Below, piece after piece: positions 11,723 to 22,152 of a stretch of DNA of 56,842 bases. The first letter of the stretch is position 1. Each line of letters begins with the position of its first letter. The position numbers were made by a program, and so were the translations under genes. A model generated the notes under the pieces. The model was given only the letters and a program-made list of their open reading frames with translations, was not told the DNA's origin and ran no database searches. The stretch covers positions 1 through 56,842 of the forward strand of contig DASCPX010000023.1 in NCBI GenBank assembly GCA_036012755.1, written 5' to 3'. Source of the stretch: Myxococcota bacterium. Lineage in GTDB: Bacteria > Myxococcota_A > UBA796 > CAJQPC01.

Positions 11723-14008
11723 CTACTTTCGGTCCACCTTCAGTCCGACGGTCACGGTGTCGCCGGCGAAGGAGAGGCTGGAAGTGCTCGACGGCCAGTC
11801 CTGCCGGGTCCGCCACTCGATGGTGAGGTAGGTGTCCTCTATCCCCCACCTGGCCTGGGCCCTCGAGGCGTTGTCCGGGTCCATCCAGTCCAGCAGGATG
11901 TCCGCGCCGAGGGCGTAGTGCCAGCCAGCCTGCCCGCCGCTCCAGACCTCGTTCCCGAAGGGATCCTCCGTGTCGATGTCACCGTAGCGCTCGCGTCGCA
12001 GGTAGTAGTCGGCGCCGATGGAGGCGTAGGGCACGACCGGCATTCCGCGCCAACCGTCCCGGATCTTGAGCGTCGGGTCGAAGCGAGCGGTCACGGCAGC
12101 CGACAGCGGCAGGATGGTCAGCTGGCTGGCGTCTCCGGAGGAGGCCTCGCTGTCCGTCCCGACGAGGGTGCCTTCCTTGCGCACCAGCCCGACCGAGCCG
12201 CCCAGTTCGAAGAAGCGCCAGAGCTGACGACCGCCGTCAAAGCGCAGCATGTAGACGCTGTCGCCGTAGACAGTGCCGAAGGCCGCCTGGTCGAACTCCA
12301 TCGGGCCGACGTGCAGCTCGTTGGTCTTTGTCTTGGTCTTCCAGCCCTCGAAGTCGGCTGCCTCGGCGCGAGGCGCCATGAACAGACCCGCCAGGGCGAG
12401 GAGGAAGAGGGCGCCGAGGGGGACGTGGGCGCAGCCATTGGGGGCGCCTACGGCCTCGGCCCAGCCGCCAGTCTCTTGCGGAGTCACTTCGTGGACCTTG
12501 CTCATGTCTCCTTCCGTACCTCCATCGTCGACCACGCGCACGGCGACATAGTAGGTGACGCCGTTGTCGACGTCGGTGATCGTGTGGCTGATGTCTCCGT
12601 CCCCGGTCAGCGAGATCGGTGAGACAGGCGCGGTGCCCTCGGGGCCTCCGGTGTCGAAGTCGTCGGCCGTGAACTCCTCGCTGCTCACGTAGATCTCGTA
12701 GCTGCCGAGGTCGTCGATGCCTGCGGCGGTGATGTCGACGTAGATCGCCTGGTCCCCCCAGTCCACCGACACGCTCGGCTTCGGCGGCGGGTTGTCGACG
12801 AGCAGATCGACCGCATCGTGCCCATCGTCGAGGGTGAGCCACACGCGATTGGTGCCCTCTGACCACGCGTCGTCGATCTCGAGGGTGACCGTGGCCGTCT
12901 CGCCGGCTTCGATGTCGCGCATCTCCACGATGTCACCGTCCTCGCCCAGGGTCATGGTCCAGGTCCCAGCGGTGTCGCTGGTCAAGGAGAGATCGGCGGC
13001 GTCCCCGGTGACCAGGGTCTCGGTGGGCGCGTCGGTGAACTCGAGCCAGGCCCGGTCCGTGAGCACGTGCACCGTGCCCTCATCGCTGCCGGTGAAGAGG
13101 TAGCCCTCGATCGAGGCCAGCTCGCGGACCGTTGCGCCCACGTCGATGGTCTCGGAGGAGTCCGCGTCGACGCCGCCGGAGTAGTCGTAGAGCCAGACAT
13201 CTCCGGACTCGGCGAGGGCAACCCAGTCCTCTTCGATGGCACCGATCTGGACCGCCGTGGTCTCGGCGAGACCTTGCTCGTCATCGAGGAGGATCTGGAA
13301 GTCGTTCCCGGAGATCTGGTAGCGCAGCAGCCCACCCCCGGCGTCGGCGACCAGGAGGTTGTTGGTGCTGTCGGGCTCGACGACCAGGTGGACGAAGTCG
13401 CGACCGCCCAGGGTCTCCGTGCTCTGGGAGACGCTCCCGGTCGTGGCGTCGATGCGGCTGAGGTCGTCGTTGCCGTGCAGCACGATGACGTAGCTTCCGA
13501 TGCCGACGCTGTCTTCCACGCCAGAGTTGGAGAAGGTGCTGGCGCTGTCTGTGTCCGCCTCCAGCGTGGTCGTGTCGACCCGGTAGCCCTCGAGCCCGCT
13601 GTCGCCGTCCACGAGCACCCAGAGGTCCGTCCCGTTCACCGCAACGTCGAGCACGGCGCCCATGCCGAGCTCGACGGTGGCCTCGACCGAGATCTGGCGG
13701 TCGGTGTCGACGAGGACGACGTCGACGTCACCGCTGGCACAGCCGACGGCGAAGTGTGTGCCGCTGTCGTCGGTCCAGGAGCCGACTCCGGCGGGCTCGG
13801 AGCAGACGGCCGCGGCGAGGGTCTCGAAGCTCTGGCCGTCGATGACCCGCAGCTCGGTGCTGCCCTCTTCGAGGAAGCCGACGAGGTCCTCTTCGATGAC
13901 CGGCGTGAAGTCGGACAAGGTGGTCCCCGCGGCGTCGTCGAGGGTGGCCGCGACGTGGTCGGGAGCAGCGATCGCCAGCGAGGTCAGGAGCAACATGCCG
14001 ATGCTCAT
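11723..14008 (-). CDS. Secreted acidic beta-propeller/Ig-FN3 protein fused to a C-terminal outer-membrane beta-barrel (reminiscent of the myxobacterial MXAN_2561/MXAN_2562 pair)
   Basis: Short signal peptide; FN3-like NGVTYYVAVRVVD..G.EG segment; internal GC+hydrophobic helix; then amphipathic strands (PVVPYASIGADYY, GWHYALGADILLD, YLTIEW, VTVGLKVD). Family names are recalled, not searched. Confidence 0.7.
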   Translation of the reverse strand: MSIGMLLLTSLAIAAPDHVAATLDDAAGTTLSDFTPVIEEDLVGFLEEGSTELRVIDGQSFETLAAAVCSEPAGVGSWTDDSGTHFAVGCASGDVDVVLVDTDRQISVEATVELGMGAVLDVAVNGTDLWVLVDGDSGLEGYRVDTTTLEADTDSASTFSNSGVEDSVGIGSYVIVLHGNDDLSRIDATTGSVSQSTETLGGRDFVHLVVEPDSTNNLLVADAGGGLLRYQISGNDFQILLDDEQGLAETTAVQIGAIEEDWVALAESGDVWLYDYSGGVDADSSETIDVGATVRELASIEGYLFTGSDEGTVHVLTDRAWLEFTDAPTETLVTGDAADLSLTSDTAGTWTMTLGEDGDIVEMRDIEAGETATVTLEIDDAWSEGTNRVWLTLDDGHDAVDLLVDNPPPKPSVSVDWGDQAIYVDITAAGIDDLGSYEIYVSSEEFTADDFDTGGPEGTAPVSPISLTGDGDISHTITDVDNGVTYYVAVRVVDDGGTEGDMSKVHEVTPQETGGWAEAVGAPNGCAHVPLGALFLLALAGLFMAPRAEAADFEGWKTKTKTNELHVGPMEFDQAAFGTVYGDSVYMLRFDGGRQLWRFFELGGSVGLVRKEGTLVGTDSEASSGDASQLTILPLSAAVTARFDPTLKIRDGWRGMPVVPYASIGADYYLRRERYGDIDTEDPFGNEVWSGGQAGWHYALGADILLDWMDPDNASRAQARWGIEDTYLTIEWRTRQDWPSSTSSLSFAGDTVTVGLKVDRK

Positions 14009-14024
14009 AGCGAGATCTGTGCCA
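14009..14024 (-). promoter_or_regulatory. Candidate sigma-54 promoter of the barrel-fusion gene
   Basis: Minus strand TGGCACAGATCTCGCT (GG-N10-GC; -12 element TCGC instead of TTGC). Confidence 0.4.
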
Positions 14025-14105
14025 GCCCGCGCGGGGGTCCTGGAGGCCGTAGTCGTGACAGGCTGTCAACTGCAGCGGTCCGGTCGCCGCGAGGCCGACA
14101 GCCTG

Positions 14106-15092
14106 TCAGATCAGCTCGGAGTCGACGAGCTCGGCGACGAGGGCGACGGCGTTCGCCGCCGTGAGACGCAGCGGATCGCAGGCAGCCCAGAGGTGTACGC
14201 CCAGCCCGGCGCGGTCATCCCGGATGCGGCCGACGGCGAGCTCGGCGCTCCCGGTGCAAGCCCGGGGCTGGAGCTCCCGACGCTCCGCCAGCCGGATGTT
14301 CGGGGCCTCGCGGAAGAGACCCGCGACATGCTCGGCCGTAGCCGCCCGCTCGGTGAGGAGGTGGAGATCGAGGGCCATGCCGAGGAACAGGGGGGCGACG
14401 GTCATCGAGACGTTGATCCGAGCGCTGTCGACGCCGAGGATTCGGCCGGCATGAGCTGCGCTCGTCAGCTCGTCGCGGCTCCAGCCCCCGACCTCCTCGC
14501 CCCATGATGGGAGGAGATCGAAAGCGAGCCCCCCGCTGAAGACCTTGCGCGGAGGGGTCTGGCTGTTGAACAGCGCGGCGACCTGGCCGGAGAGCTCGCG
14601 CATGCCATCCCGTCCGGCGATGGCGGAGCTGGCGATGGCCGTGCCGCGGAGACCGACGAGGCCATGAGGCAACAGCGGTGCCCCGAGGGCGGCGAGCATG
14701 AGCGCGAGCGGACCCGGAGCCACCACGGCCCCCTCCTCGCGCACGCTGTCCCGCTCCAGCGAGTTCAGGCCGAGCCCGAGCACCGGGACCTGCCGATCAG
14801 CGAGGAAGACGCTGGAGAGATCGACCACGATGCAGCCTGCGTCGGCGAGCTCGCGGAAGAGCTCGGTCCCGACTCCGCGCGGCACGGCGGCGAAGCAGAG
14901 ATCGATGCCGTCGAGGGCCTCTGGGCAGAGGTCGTGCACCGTATGGGACTTGCCGCCGAACTGAACCTCGGCCTCGGTCGTGGCCGGGCTCGCGCAGGGG
15001 ACGAAGCGGTCGATGGAGAAGGGAGCACGCCCGAGGACGTCGAGCAGCTCCTTGCCGAGCGCGCCTGTGGCGCCAGCGAGGGCGATGTTCAT
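14106..15092 (-). CDS. Aspartate-semialdehyde dehydrogenase-like (Usg-type) protein, catalytic Cys apparently absent
   Basis: GATGALG Rossmann motif, VVDLSSVF, LAFDLLP, VGRIR, LWAACDPLR..AANAV; the NPNC motif is replaced by APGP. Confidence 0.8.
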   Translation of the reverse strand: MNIALAGATGALGKELLDVLGRAPFSIDRFVPCASPATTEAEVQFGGKSHTVHDLCPEALDGIDLCFAAVPRGVGTELFRELADAGCIVVDLSSVFLADRQVPVLGLGLNSLERDSVREEGAVVAPGPLALMLAALGAPLLPHGLVGLRGTAIASSAIAGRDGMRELSGQVAALFNSQTPPRKVFSGGLAFDLLPSWGEEVGGWSRDELTSAAHAGRILGVDSARINVSMTVAPLFLGMALDLHLLTERAATAEHVAGLFREAPNIRLAERRELQPRACTGSAELAVGRIRDDRAGLGVHLWAACDPLRLTAANAVALVAELVDSELI

Positions 15093-15128
15093 GAAGCCCC
15101 TGGTTGGATGGGGCGCCCGATTAACCCG

Positions 15129-15347
15129 TCAGCGATGACGAGAGAGGATGGCCTCGATGCGGTCGCGGCCTCGCAGCTTGCGGCGCTTGAGGAACTTGAC
15201 CTCGCGCTGCTCGCGCTCGCTGAGGAAGCGGCGGCCCACCAAGCCGGTGAGCTCTCTCTCGAGCTTGCCGTGCTCCCGCATCAGCGCGGCGAGCTCTGGG
15301 TTGTACGGGGTGAGGGAGGAGATCAGACTGAGATCCCGTTCTTCCAT
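15129..15347 (-). CDS. DUF465/YdcH-like small coiled-coil protein
   Basis: EH..LE..L...LS..E......LK..KL..RD.I pattern; GGAG SD upstream; usual neighbour of tsaB. Confidence 0.75.
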   Translation of the reverse strand: MEERDLSLISSLTPYNPELAALMREHGKLERELTGLVGRRFLSEREQREVKFLKRRKLRGRDRIEAILSRHR

Positions 15348-15396
15348 GAACGCTCCACGTGCCTGAGCCCAGGGTACCCGCGGCCGGAAGTGGTGA

Positions 15397-16041
15397 TCAA
15401 CGAGAATATCGGATCGTAGGGAGCTTCGCGTCAGGAGCCCTCAGGTAGCGGAGTCGCACGCCGGTGGGGGCGATCCCAGCGCCGATCCTCGCCAAGCCGA
15501 GTCGCGCCAACGCCAAGGCTGGAGAAGCGGCGGGCTCGTCCACGACGTGCCCACCCGCGGCCTCGACTTCCGCTGCCCAGACCAGCGCGCCCTCCCCCGT
15601 CGCCGCCCAGTCGCCGTCCGCGAGGGCGATGGCGTCCGAGGGCTGCACATCGACCTCCTCCCCTACGAGCCCGGGGGCGTAGAAGCCCGCGTAGGCCCTG
15701 CCCTTTCGCCCATCGAGCAGGGCGAGTGTCCTGGTCCCTGGGGCCGCAGCCGCGCGGGCCTCCAGTGAGCTGACCGGAACGACCAGCGCGCTCCGTGCGA
15801 GCGCCAGCCCCAGGGCATGGGCGACGCCGACCCGCAAGGAAGTGAAGGCCCCCGGGCCCACGGAGACCGCGATGGCGTCGAGTCGATCGATGCCATCGAG
15901 GAGCTCGGCCAGCGCCGGTGTCAGCGCCGCGTCCGAGCCACGCACGATGCGCTGGGACCACTGCCGGACCTCGGCCCCGCGAATCAAGGCGGCGCCGATG
16001 ACCGGGGAGGCGGTGTCGAGAGCCAGGACGGTCGGAATCAC
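15397..16041 (-). CDS. tsaB: tRNA threonylcarbamoyladenosine biosynthesis protein TsaB
   Basis: VLALDTA, AVSVGPGAFTSLRVG, VSSLEA, LDGRK, YLRAPDA. GTG start at 16041 overlaps the rseP stop. Confidence 0.9.
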   Translation of the reverse strand: MIPTVLALDTASPVIGAALIRGAEVRQWSQRIVRGSDAALTPALAELLDGIDRLDAIAVSVGPGAFTSLRVGVAHALGLALARSALVVPVSSLEARAAAAPGTRTLALLDGRKGRAYAGFYAPGLVGEEVDVQPSDAIALADGDWAATGEGALVWAAEVEAAGGHVVDEPAASPALALARLGLARIGAGIAPTGVRLRYLRAPDAKLPTIRYSR

Positions 16042-17681
16042 CCGCCGCCGAAGACGTTGTTTATGTCGAGCACGAAGACCACGAACATCAGGCCGATGAG
16101 GAGCAGGACGCCGATCTGCTGCGCTCGCTCGCGCACCACGAGCGGCAGCGGGCGCCCCCGAATGCCCTCGAGCAGGTAGAACACGAACTGTCCACCGTCC
16201 AGCACCGGCACGGGCAGGAAGTTCACGATGGCGAGGCTGACGCTCAGCCCCGCCATCAGCCCCGCCCACTCGAAGATCCCGCTCTCCGCGGCATCGGCGG
16301 CGGCCTTGACGATGCGAACCGGGCCCCCGACGGTCTTCTTGGGGTCGGCCTCGCCCGTGATGATCTTGCCGATGGTCTCGACGATGATGACGCAGGCGCT
16401 CCAGGTCGTCTCGACTGCCTTCGGCACGGCCTCCGTGATGGGGTATTGCTTGCTCTCCAGGGCGCTCGGAACGCTGCCGCCCCCCGCGGAGAAGCCGATG
16501 ATCGGGCGGGTCTGGTAGTTCCCGTAGGCGTCGCTGTCCTCGACCATCTCGGGGATGACCCGAACGTCGAGGGTCCGTCCCCTGCGCACCAGGGTCATGA
16601 CGACCGGCCGGGTGGAGCTGTCGAGCTCCTCGCCAGAAGCGCTCTCGCGGACGCGCCGGAGGATGTCCTCGAAGCTGTCGATGCCCCTGCCGTCGATCTC
16701 GATGATGCGGTCCCCGACGGCGAGGCTGCTGCTCTGTGCGGGGCTGTCGGGGCTGATGGCGCCGACGAAGACCTGTGCGGGCGCGAGCCCCCAGTCATTG
16801 GCGTAGGCGTCGTCCGCTCGGGGTTGGAAAGGCTGCCGCCTCAGCGTCGCGGCGCCTGCCGTTTCTTCCTCGTCCACGAGCCGGCTGTACTCGACGGTCA
16901 CCTCGGCCTGGCTCAGGTCCAGGGCTGTCAGCATCTCGTGGAAGCCGTCGATCTCGACCCCGTCGACGGCGGTGATCCGATCACCGAAGCGAAGACCGGC
17001 CTGGCCGGCAGGGGACAGCGGGTCTTCGAAGGCCACTGTGGTGTCGAAGTCGTGGAACGCCAGCCCGAGGGCGGACGGACCGAGGGAGTCTCCCCTGAGC
17101 TCGTCTGTGACGGGAAGGACGATCTCGAGGGGATTGCCGAGACGATCGACCGAAAGCGCGAGCTCGTCGTCCGCTCCCCCCATCTGGGTCGCCATGTCGG
17201 CCCAGATCGTGACCGGCGCCCCATCCACCGCGACGATCCGATCGCCAGAACGCAGGCCGGCGTCCCAGGCGACGGAGTCGATGTCCACGCGACCGATCTG
17301 CGTCGATGCCTGTGGCTGCCCGGCCATGTAGAGGAGCGAGAAGACGACCACCGGGAGCACGAGGTTCATCGCCGGTCCCGCGGCGACGATGAGCAAGCGC
17401 TGCCAGACCGGCTTGTTCATGAAGCTGTTGGGCCCCAGGGACTCCGCCCCCTCCCCGCCGTCCTGGAAGGGGTCCGCGCCCTCCATGCGGACATAGCCAC
17501 CGAAGGGGATCAGGCTGACGCGATAGTCGGTGCCGCGGAAGACGAAGCCGAAGAGCCGCCGGCCGAAGCCGAGCGAGAACACCGGCACTCCCACCCGGAA
17601 GGCCTTCGCGACGACGAAGTGACCGAACTCGTGAACGAAGATGAGGACCGCGACGAGCAGCGCGGCAGCGAAGTAGGACAC
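16038..17681 (-). CDS. rseP: RIP metalloprotease RseP with three PDZ domains
   Basis: HEFGH, AAGPAMN, three GDRI PDZ motifs, NFLPVPVLDGG. Confidence 0.95.
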   Translation of the reverse strand: MSYFAAALLVAVLIFVHEFGHFVVAKAFRVGVPVFSLGFGRRLFGFVFRGTDYRVSLIPFGGYVRMEGADPFQDGGEGAESLGPNSFMNKPVWQRLLIVAAGPAMNLVLPVVVFSLLYMAGQPQASTQIGRVDIDSVAWDAGLRSGDRIVAVDGAPVTIWADMATQMGGADDELALSVDRLGNPLEIVLPVTDELRGDSLGPSALGLAFHDFDTTVAFEDPLSPAGQAGLRFGDRITAVDGVEIDGFHEMLTALDLSQAEVTVEYSRLVDEEETAGAATLRRQPFQPRADDAYANDWGLAPAQVFVGAISPDSPAQSSSLAVGDRIIEIDGRGIDSFEDILRRVRESASGEELDSSTRPVVMTLVRRGRTLDVRVIPEMVEDSDAYGNYQTRPIIGFSAGGGSVPSALESKQYPITEAVPKAVETTWSACVIIVETIGKIITGEADPKKTVGGPVRIVKAAADAAESGIFEWAGLMAGLSVSLAIVNFLPVPVLDGGQFVFYLLEGIRGRPLPLVVRERAQQIGVLLLIGLMFVVFVLDINNVFGGG

Positions 17682-17699
17682 TGACTCACCATAGGCCCG

Positions 17700-18499
17700 T
17701 CAGAGCCCGCGGACCACCGTGAGGTAGAGGTACAACACCGGCGCGGTGAACAGGAGCGCGTCGATGCGGTCGAGCATGCCCCCGTGCTCGCCCAGGATCC
17801 ACCCGGAGTCCTTCACGCCGAAGCTCCGCTTGAACATCGACTCGACGAGATCGCCGACGACCCCGAAGGCGTCGACCACGACACCCAGCAGCAAGCAGTC
17901 CACGATTGTCAGCTGGGGCAGCGCGACGGCTCGGATCACGAAGACGCCGATGGTCGCGAGCACCGCGCCGCCGACGGCGCCCTCCCAGGTCTTCTTGGGC
18001 GAGATCTTCTCGTAGAGCTTGTGCTTGCCGAAGGCCCGACCCGCGAAGTAGCCGCCGGTGTCGCCGAGCCAGGTGATGGCCAGCATCGTGAAGACCCAGG
18101 CGAGGCCGTCGTCCAGGCGCCGCAAGAGCGGGATGAACAAGACCAGCCCGGAGACCCAGGCGACCCCCAGCACGAGCCGGGCCGCGGCGTCACCGGCGCC
18201 ATCGACAGAGCCGCGCCGGAAGAGGGTGGCGAGCATCAGGACCAGGGCACCGACGACGAGCACGACCTGTGTAGAGCCCGTGGGGCCGTAGAGCACCGAG
18301 ACATAGAGCGCGGCGCCGACGACACCCAGGAGACCGGTGGCCCACCAGCGCCGCTGGGGAAAGGCCATGTTGGCGTACTCGTCGAGGCCGATGAGCATCG
18401 CCAGACCGACGATGATCTCGATGGCGAGCTCGCCGCCGAAGATGATGGCCGGGAGCAGGATGGCCAGGCCGCCGAGCCCGATGGCGACGCGCGAGAACA

Positions 18500-18500
<1 letters not shown>
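17700..18500 (-). CDS. cdsA: Phosphatidate cytidylyltransferase
   Basis: DTGGYFAG, ISPKKTWEG, GDLVESMFKR..VKDSG..HGGMLDRID. Confidence 0.96.
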
Positions 18501-19221
<721 letters not shown>

Positions 19222-19225
<4 letters not shown>

Positions 19226-19785
19226 ACCTCCAGGATCTCCTTCTCCTTCGCGGCCACGACCCCATCGATCTTGGCGACGTTGTCGTCCGTGGACTTCTGA
19301 ACCTCCTTGAGCATGCGACCGAGCTCGTTCTCCGAGATCTCTTTTTCGGTCTCGAGCTCACGGAAGAGCTCGTTGTACTCGCGACGCACGCTGCGGACCC
19401 GGACCTTGTGCTCTTCGCCGTACTTCTTGCAGAGGCGTCGGAGCTCCTCGCGGCGTTCTCCGGTCAGGGCGGGGATCGGCACGCGGATGATCTGGCCGTC
19501 GCTGCTGGGGTTCAGGCCCAGCCCGGCGGCGCCGATGGCCTTCTCGACCTCTGGCAGCGTCGTCTTGTCCCAGGGTGAGACCACGAGCAGCCGCGCGTCC
19601 GGGGCAGAGATGGTCGCCAGCTGGTTGATGGGCATCGTCGCGCCGTAGCTGCTGACGTGCACCTGGACGCCGTCGAGCAGCGCCGGGCTGGCGCGTCCCG
19701 TTCGGAGCGTTGCCAGCTCCCGCTTGAGATGATCGATGGCGCTCTTCATGTCGTCGGTCATCGACGACAGGTACTCGCTCGACAT
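19222..19785 (-). CDS. frr: Ribosome recycling factor
   Basis: LRTGRASP, LGLNPSSDG, PALTGERR, KEKEIL. Confidence 0.97.
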
Positions 19786-19812
19786 GGTGTCCTCCTGGCC
19801 GACTAATGCGCT

Positions 19813-20532
19813 CTAACCGGCGTCCACCCGCGTGCCGATTTGCTCACCGCAGACGACTCGGCAGACGTTCCCGGCCTCGTTGAAGTCGAAGACGATGATC
19901 GGGAGGTCGTTCTCCATGCACATGGAGATGGCGGTGACGTCCATCACCTTCAGCTCTCGGGCGATGGCGTCCTTGTAGCCGAGGTGGTCGTAGCGCACCG
20001 CGTCGGAGTGCTTCAGCGGGTCCTTGTCGTAGACACCGTCGACCTTCGTGCCCTTGAGGATGATGTCCGCACGGATCTCCGCGGCCCGGAGTGCCGCGCC
20101 TGTGTCCGTGGAGAAGTAGGGGTTTCCGGTCCCACCGCCGAAGATGACCACGCGCCCCTTCTCCAGGTGACGCTCGGCCCGACGCTTGATGTAGGGCTCG
20201 GCGACCTTGGACATCGGGATCGCCGACATGACGCGGGTGTAGACACCGCGGCGTTCCAGCGCGTCCTGCAGCGCGAGGGCGTTGATCACCGTCGCGAGCA
20301 TGCCCATGTAGTCGGCGTGACCGCGGTCCATTCCGCGGCTCGCGCCCGCGAGGCCACGGAAGATGTTCCCGCCGCCGATGACCACGGCGACCTCGACGCC
20401 CAGCCGCTTCACCGCCTTGACCTCGTCGGCGAAGTGGGCGATGGCGCGCTGTTCGATCCCGAAGCCCTGGCTCCCGGAGAGCATCTCCCCGGAGAGCTTG
20501 AGCAGGACGCGCTTGAAGACGGGCTCGGACAA
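19813..20532 (-). CDS. pyrH: UMP kinase
   Basis: [42 protein letters not shown]. Confidence 0.97.
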   Translation of the reverse strand: MSEPVFKRVLLKLSGEMLSGSQGFGIEQRAIAHFADEVKAVKRLGVEVAVVIGGGNIFRGLAGASRGMDRGHADYMGMLATVINALALQDALERRGVYTRVMSAIPMSKVAEPYIKRRAERHLEKGRVVIFGGGTGNPYFSTDTGAALRAAEIRADIILKGTKVDGVYDKDPLKHSDAVRYDHLGYKDAIARELKVMDVTAISMCMENDLPIIVFDFNEAGNVCRVVCGEQIGTRVDAG

Positions 20533-20535
20533 GGC

Positions 20536-21183
20536 CTAGTTGAGGCCGGCTTGGGCGGCGACCTCTGCCGCGAAGTCGTCCTGCCTCTTCTCGAGACCCT
20601 CGCCGAGCACGAAGCGAGTGAAGCGGCGGATCTTGATGTTCTCGCCGATGGTCGCGACGGCGTCGGTCACGAGCTGACCCACGGTCTTGTCGTCGTCCTT
20701 GACGAAGGGCTGCTCGAGGAGACAGACGTCCTCGTAGAACTTGCCCATGCGGCCGGAGACGATCCTCTCGGCGATGTGCGCCGGCTTGCCCTCGTCGATG
20801 ACGCGGGCGAGCTGGACGGCCTTCTCGCGCTCGATGGCCTCGGCGGGGACCTCTTCCTTCGACACGTACTCGGGGGCGGAGGCGGCGATGTGCATCGCGA
20901 TGTCGTTGACCAGCTCCTGGAAGCGCTCGGTCTTGGCCACGAAGTCGGTCTCGGCGTTGACCTCGACGAGGACGCCGATCTTGCCGCCGGCGTGGATGTA
21001 GCTGTGCACGAGGCCCTCTGTCGCGACGCGACCGGCCTTCTTGGCTGCCTTCGTGATGCCCTTCTGGCGCAGCCAGTCGATGGCCGCCTCGATGTCGCCC
21101 TCGTTCTCCGTGAGGGCCTTCTTGCAGTCGAGCATGCCGGCGCCGGTGCGCTGGCGGAGGGTCTTGATCTGGGCGAGTGACAT
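20536..21183 (-). CDS. tsf: Elongation factor Ts (short form)
   Basis: [42 protein letters not shown]. Confidence 0.97.
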   Translation of the reverse strand: MSLAQIKTLRQRTGAGMLDCKKALTENEGDIEAAIDWLRQKGITKAAKKAGRVATEGLVHSYIHAGGKIGVLVEVNAETDFVAKTERFQELVNDIAMHIAASAPEYVSKEEVPAEAIEREKAVQLARVIDEGKPAHIAERIVSGRMGKFYEDVCLLEQPFVKDDDKTVGQLVTDAVATIGENIKIRRFTRFVLGEGLEKRQDDFAAEVAAQAGLN

Positions 21184-21191
21184 GGGGGCTC

Positions 21192-22007
21192 CTAAACCTC
21201 TTCGACCGCTTCGGTATCGACGGGCCCGGAGGAGGCGTCGGGCTCCGCCTCGGGGGTGTGGACGCGCTCGACGATCTCGACGTCGACGTCGGGCTCGATG
21301 GCGACGGCCTCGCTGTCGTCACGGCTGGCGGCGGCGCCCTGGATGCAGGCGTCGGCGATCGCGGCTGTGAAGAGGCGGATGGACTTGATGGCGTCGTCGT
21401 TGCCGGGGACGACGTACTGGACTCCGGAGGGGTCGCAGTTGGTGTCGCAGAGAGCCACGACCGGGATCTTGAGCTTGCCCGCCTCCTGGATGGCGATGTG
21501 CTCCTTCTTCGGGTCGACGATGAAGAGCGCGCCCGGGAGGGCCCGAAGAGCCTTGATGCCGCCGAGGTTCTTCTTCATCTTGGTCATCTCACGGGTCAGC
21601 CCGAGGGCCTCCTTCTTCGTGAGGACCTCGAAGCGCCCCTCTGTGTAGGCCTTCTCGAGCGCGTTGAGGCGGTCGAGGGACTTCTTGACGGTCTGGAAGT
21701 TCGTGAGCGTGCCGCCGAGCCAGCGGTTGTTCATGTAGAACATGCTGGAGCGCTCGGCCTCCTCGCGCACGATGTCCGCGGCGGACCGCTTGGTGCCGAC
21801 GAAGATGACGGACCGACCGCTGGCGACGACGCTGGAGACAAAGCGGCAGCCCTCGATGAGGCCGCGGGCCGTGGCCTGCAGATCGACGATGTGGATGCCG
21901 TTCTTCTGGCCGTAGATGTAGGGCTTCATCTTCGGGTTCCAGCGACGCGTCTGGTGGCCGAAGTGGACGCCGGCTTCGAGCAGCTGGCGCAGCGAGACGT
22001 TGACCAT
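21192..22007 (-). CDS. rpsB: 30S ribosomal protein S2
   Basis: LLEAGVHFGHQTRRWNPKM, RWLGGTLTNF, DTNCDP, PGNDDAIKS. Start ATG 22007. Confidence 0.98.
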   Translation of the reverse strand: MVNVSLRQLLEAGVHFGHQTRRWNPKMKPYIYGQKNGIHIVDLQATARGLIEGCRFVSSVVASGRSVIFVGTKRSAADIVREEAERSSMFYMNNRWLGGTLTNFQTVKKSLDRLNALEKAYTEGRFEVLTKKEALGLTREMTKMKKNLGGIKALRALPGALFIVDPKKEHIAIQEAGKLKIPVVALCDTNCDPSGVQYVVPGNDDAIKSIRLFTAAIADACIQGAAASRDDSEAVAIEPDVDVEIVERVHTPEAEPDASSGPVDTEAVEEV

Positions 22008-22019
22008 CGATTTTCTCCG

Positions 22020-22117
22020 TTCGGGTTGTGCGACCGCCGGCGGCGTCACCCGACCCCACACTGGGGGCACCCTTGGGCGAGTCCGTCACTCCGACGTGGA
22101 TGTGTCCGCCGAAGCGG
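22020..22117 (-). ncRNA. rpsB 5' leader (t44 / S2 autoregulatory RNA)
   Basis: Minus strand has CCGC-UUCG-GCGG hairpin, then ACAC...GGGUGCCC...GGGGUCGG...CACAACCC, echoing the conserved elements of the proteobacterial rpsB leader, in the expected position. Confidence 0.7.
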
Positions 22118-22123
22118 CAGCCG

Positions 22124-22152
22124 CGTGTAACCGCGGGAGGCGGGAATGTCAC
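22124..22152 (-). promoter_or_regulatory. Candidate sigma-70 promoter of the rpsB-tsf operon
   Basis: Minus strand GTGACA-17 nt-TACACG immediately upstream of the leader. Confidence 0.5.
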
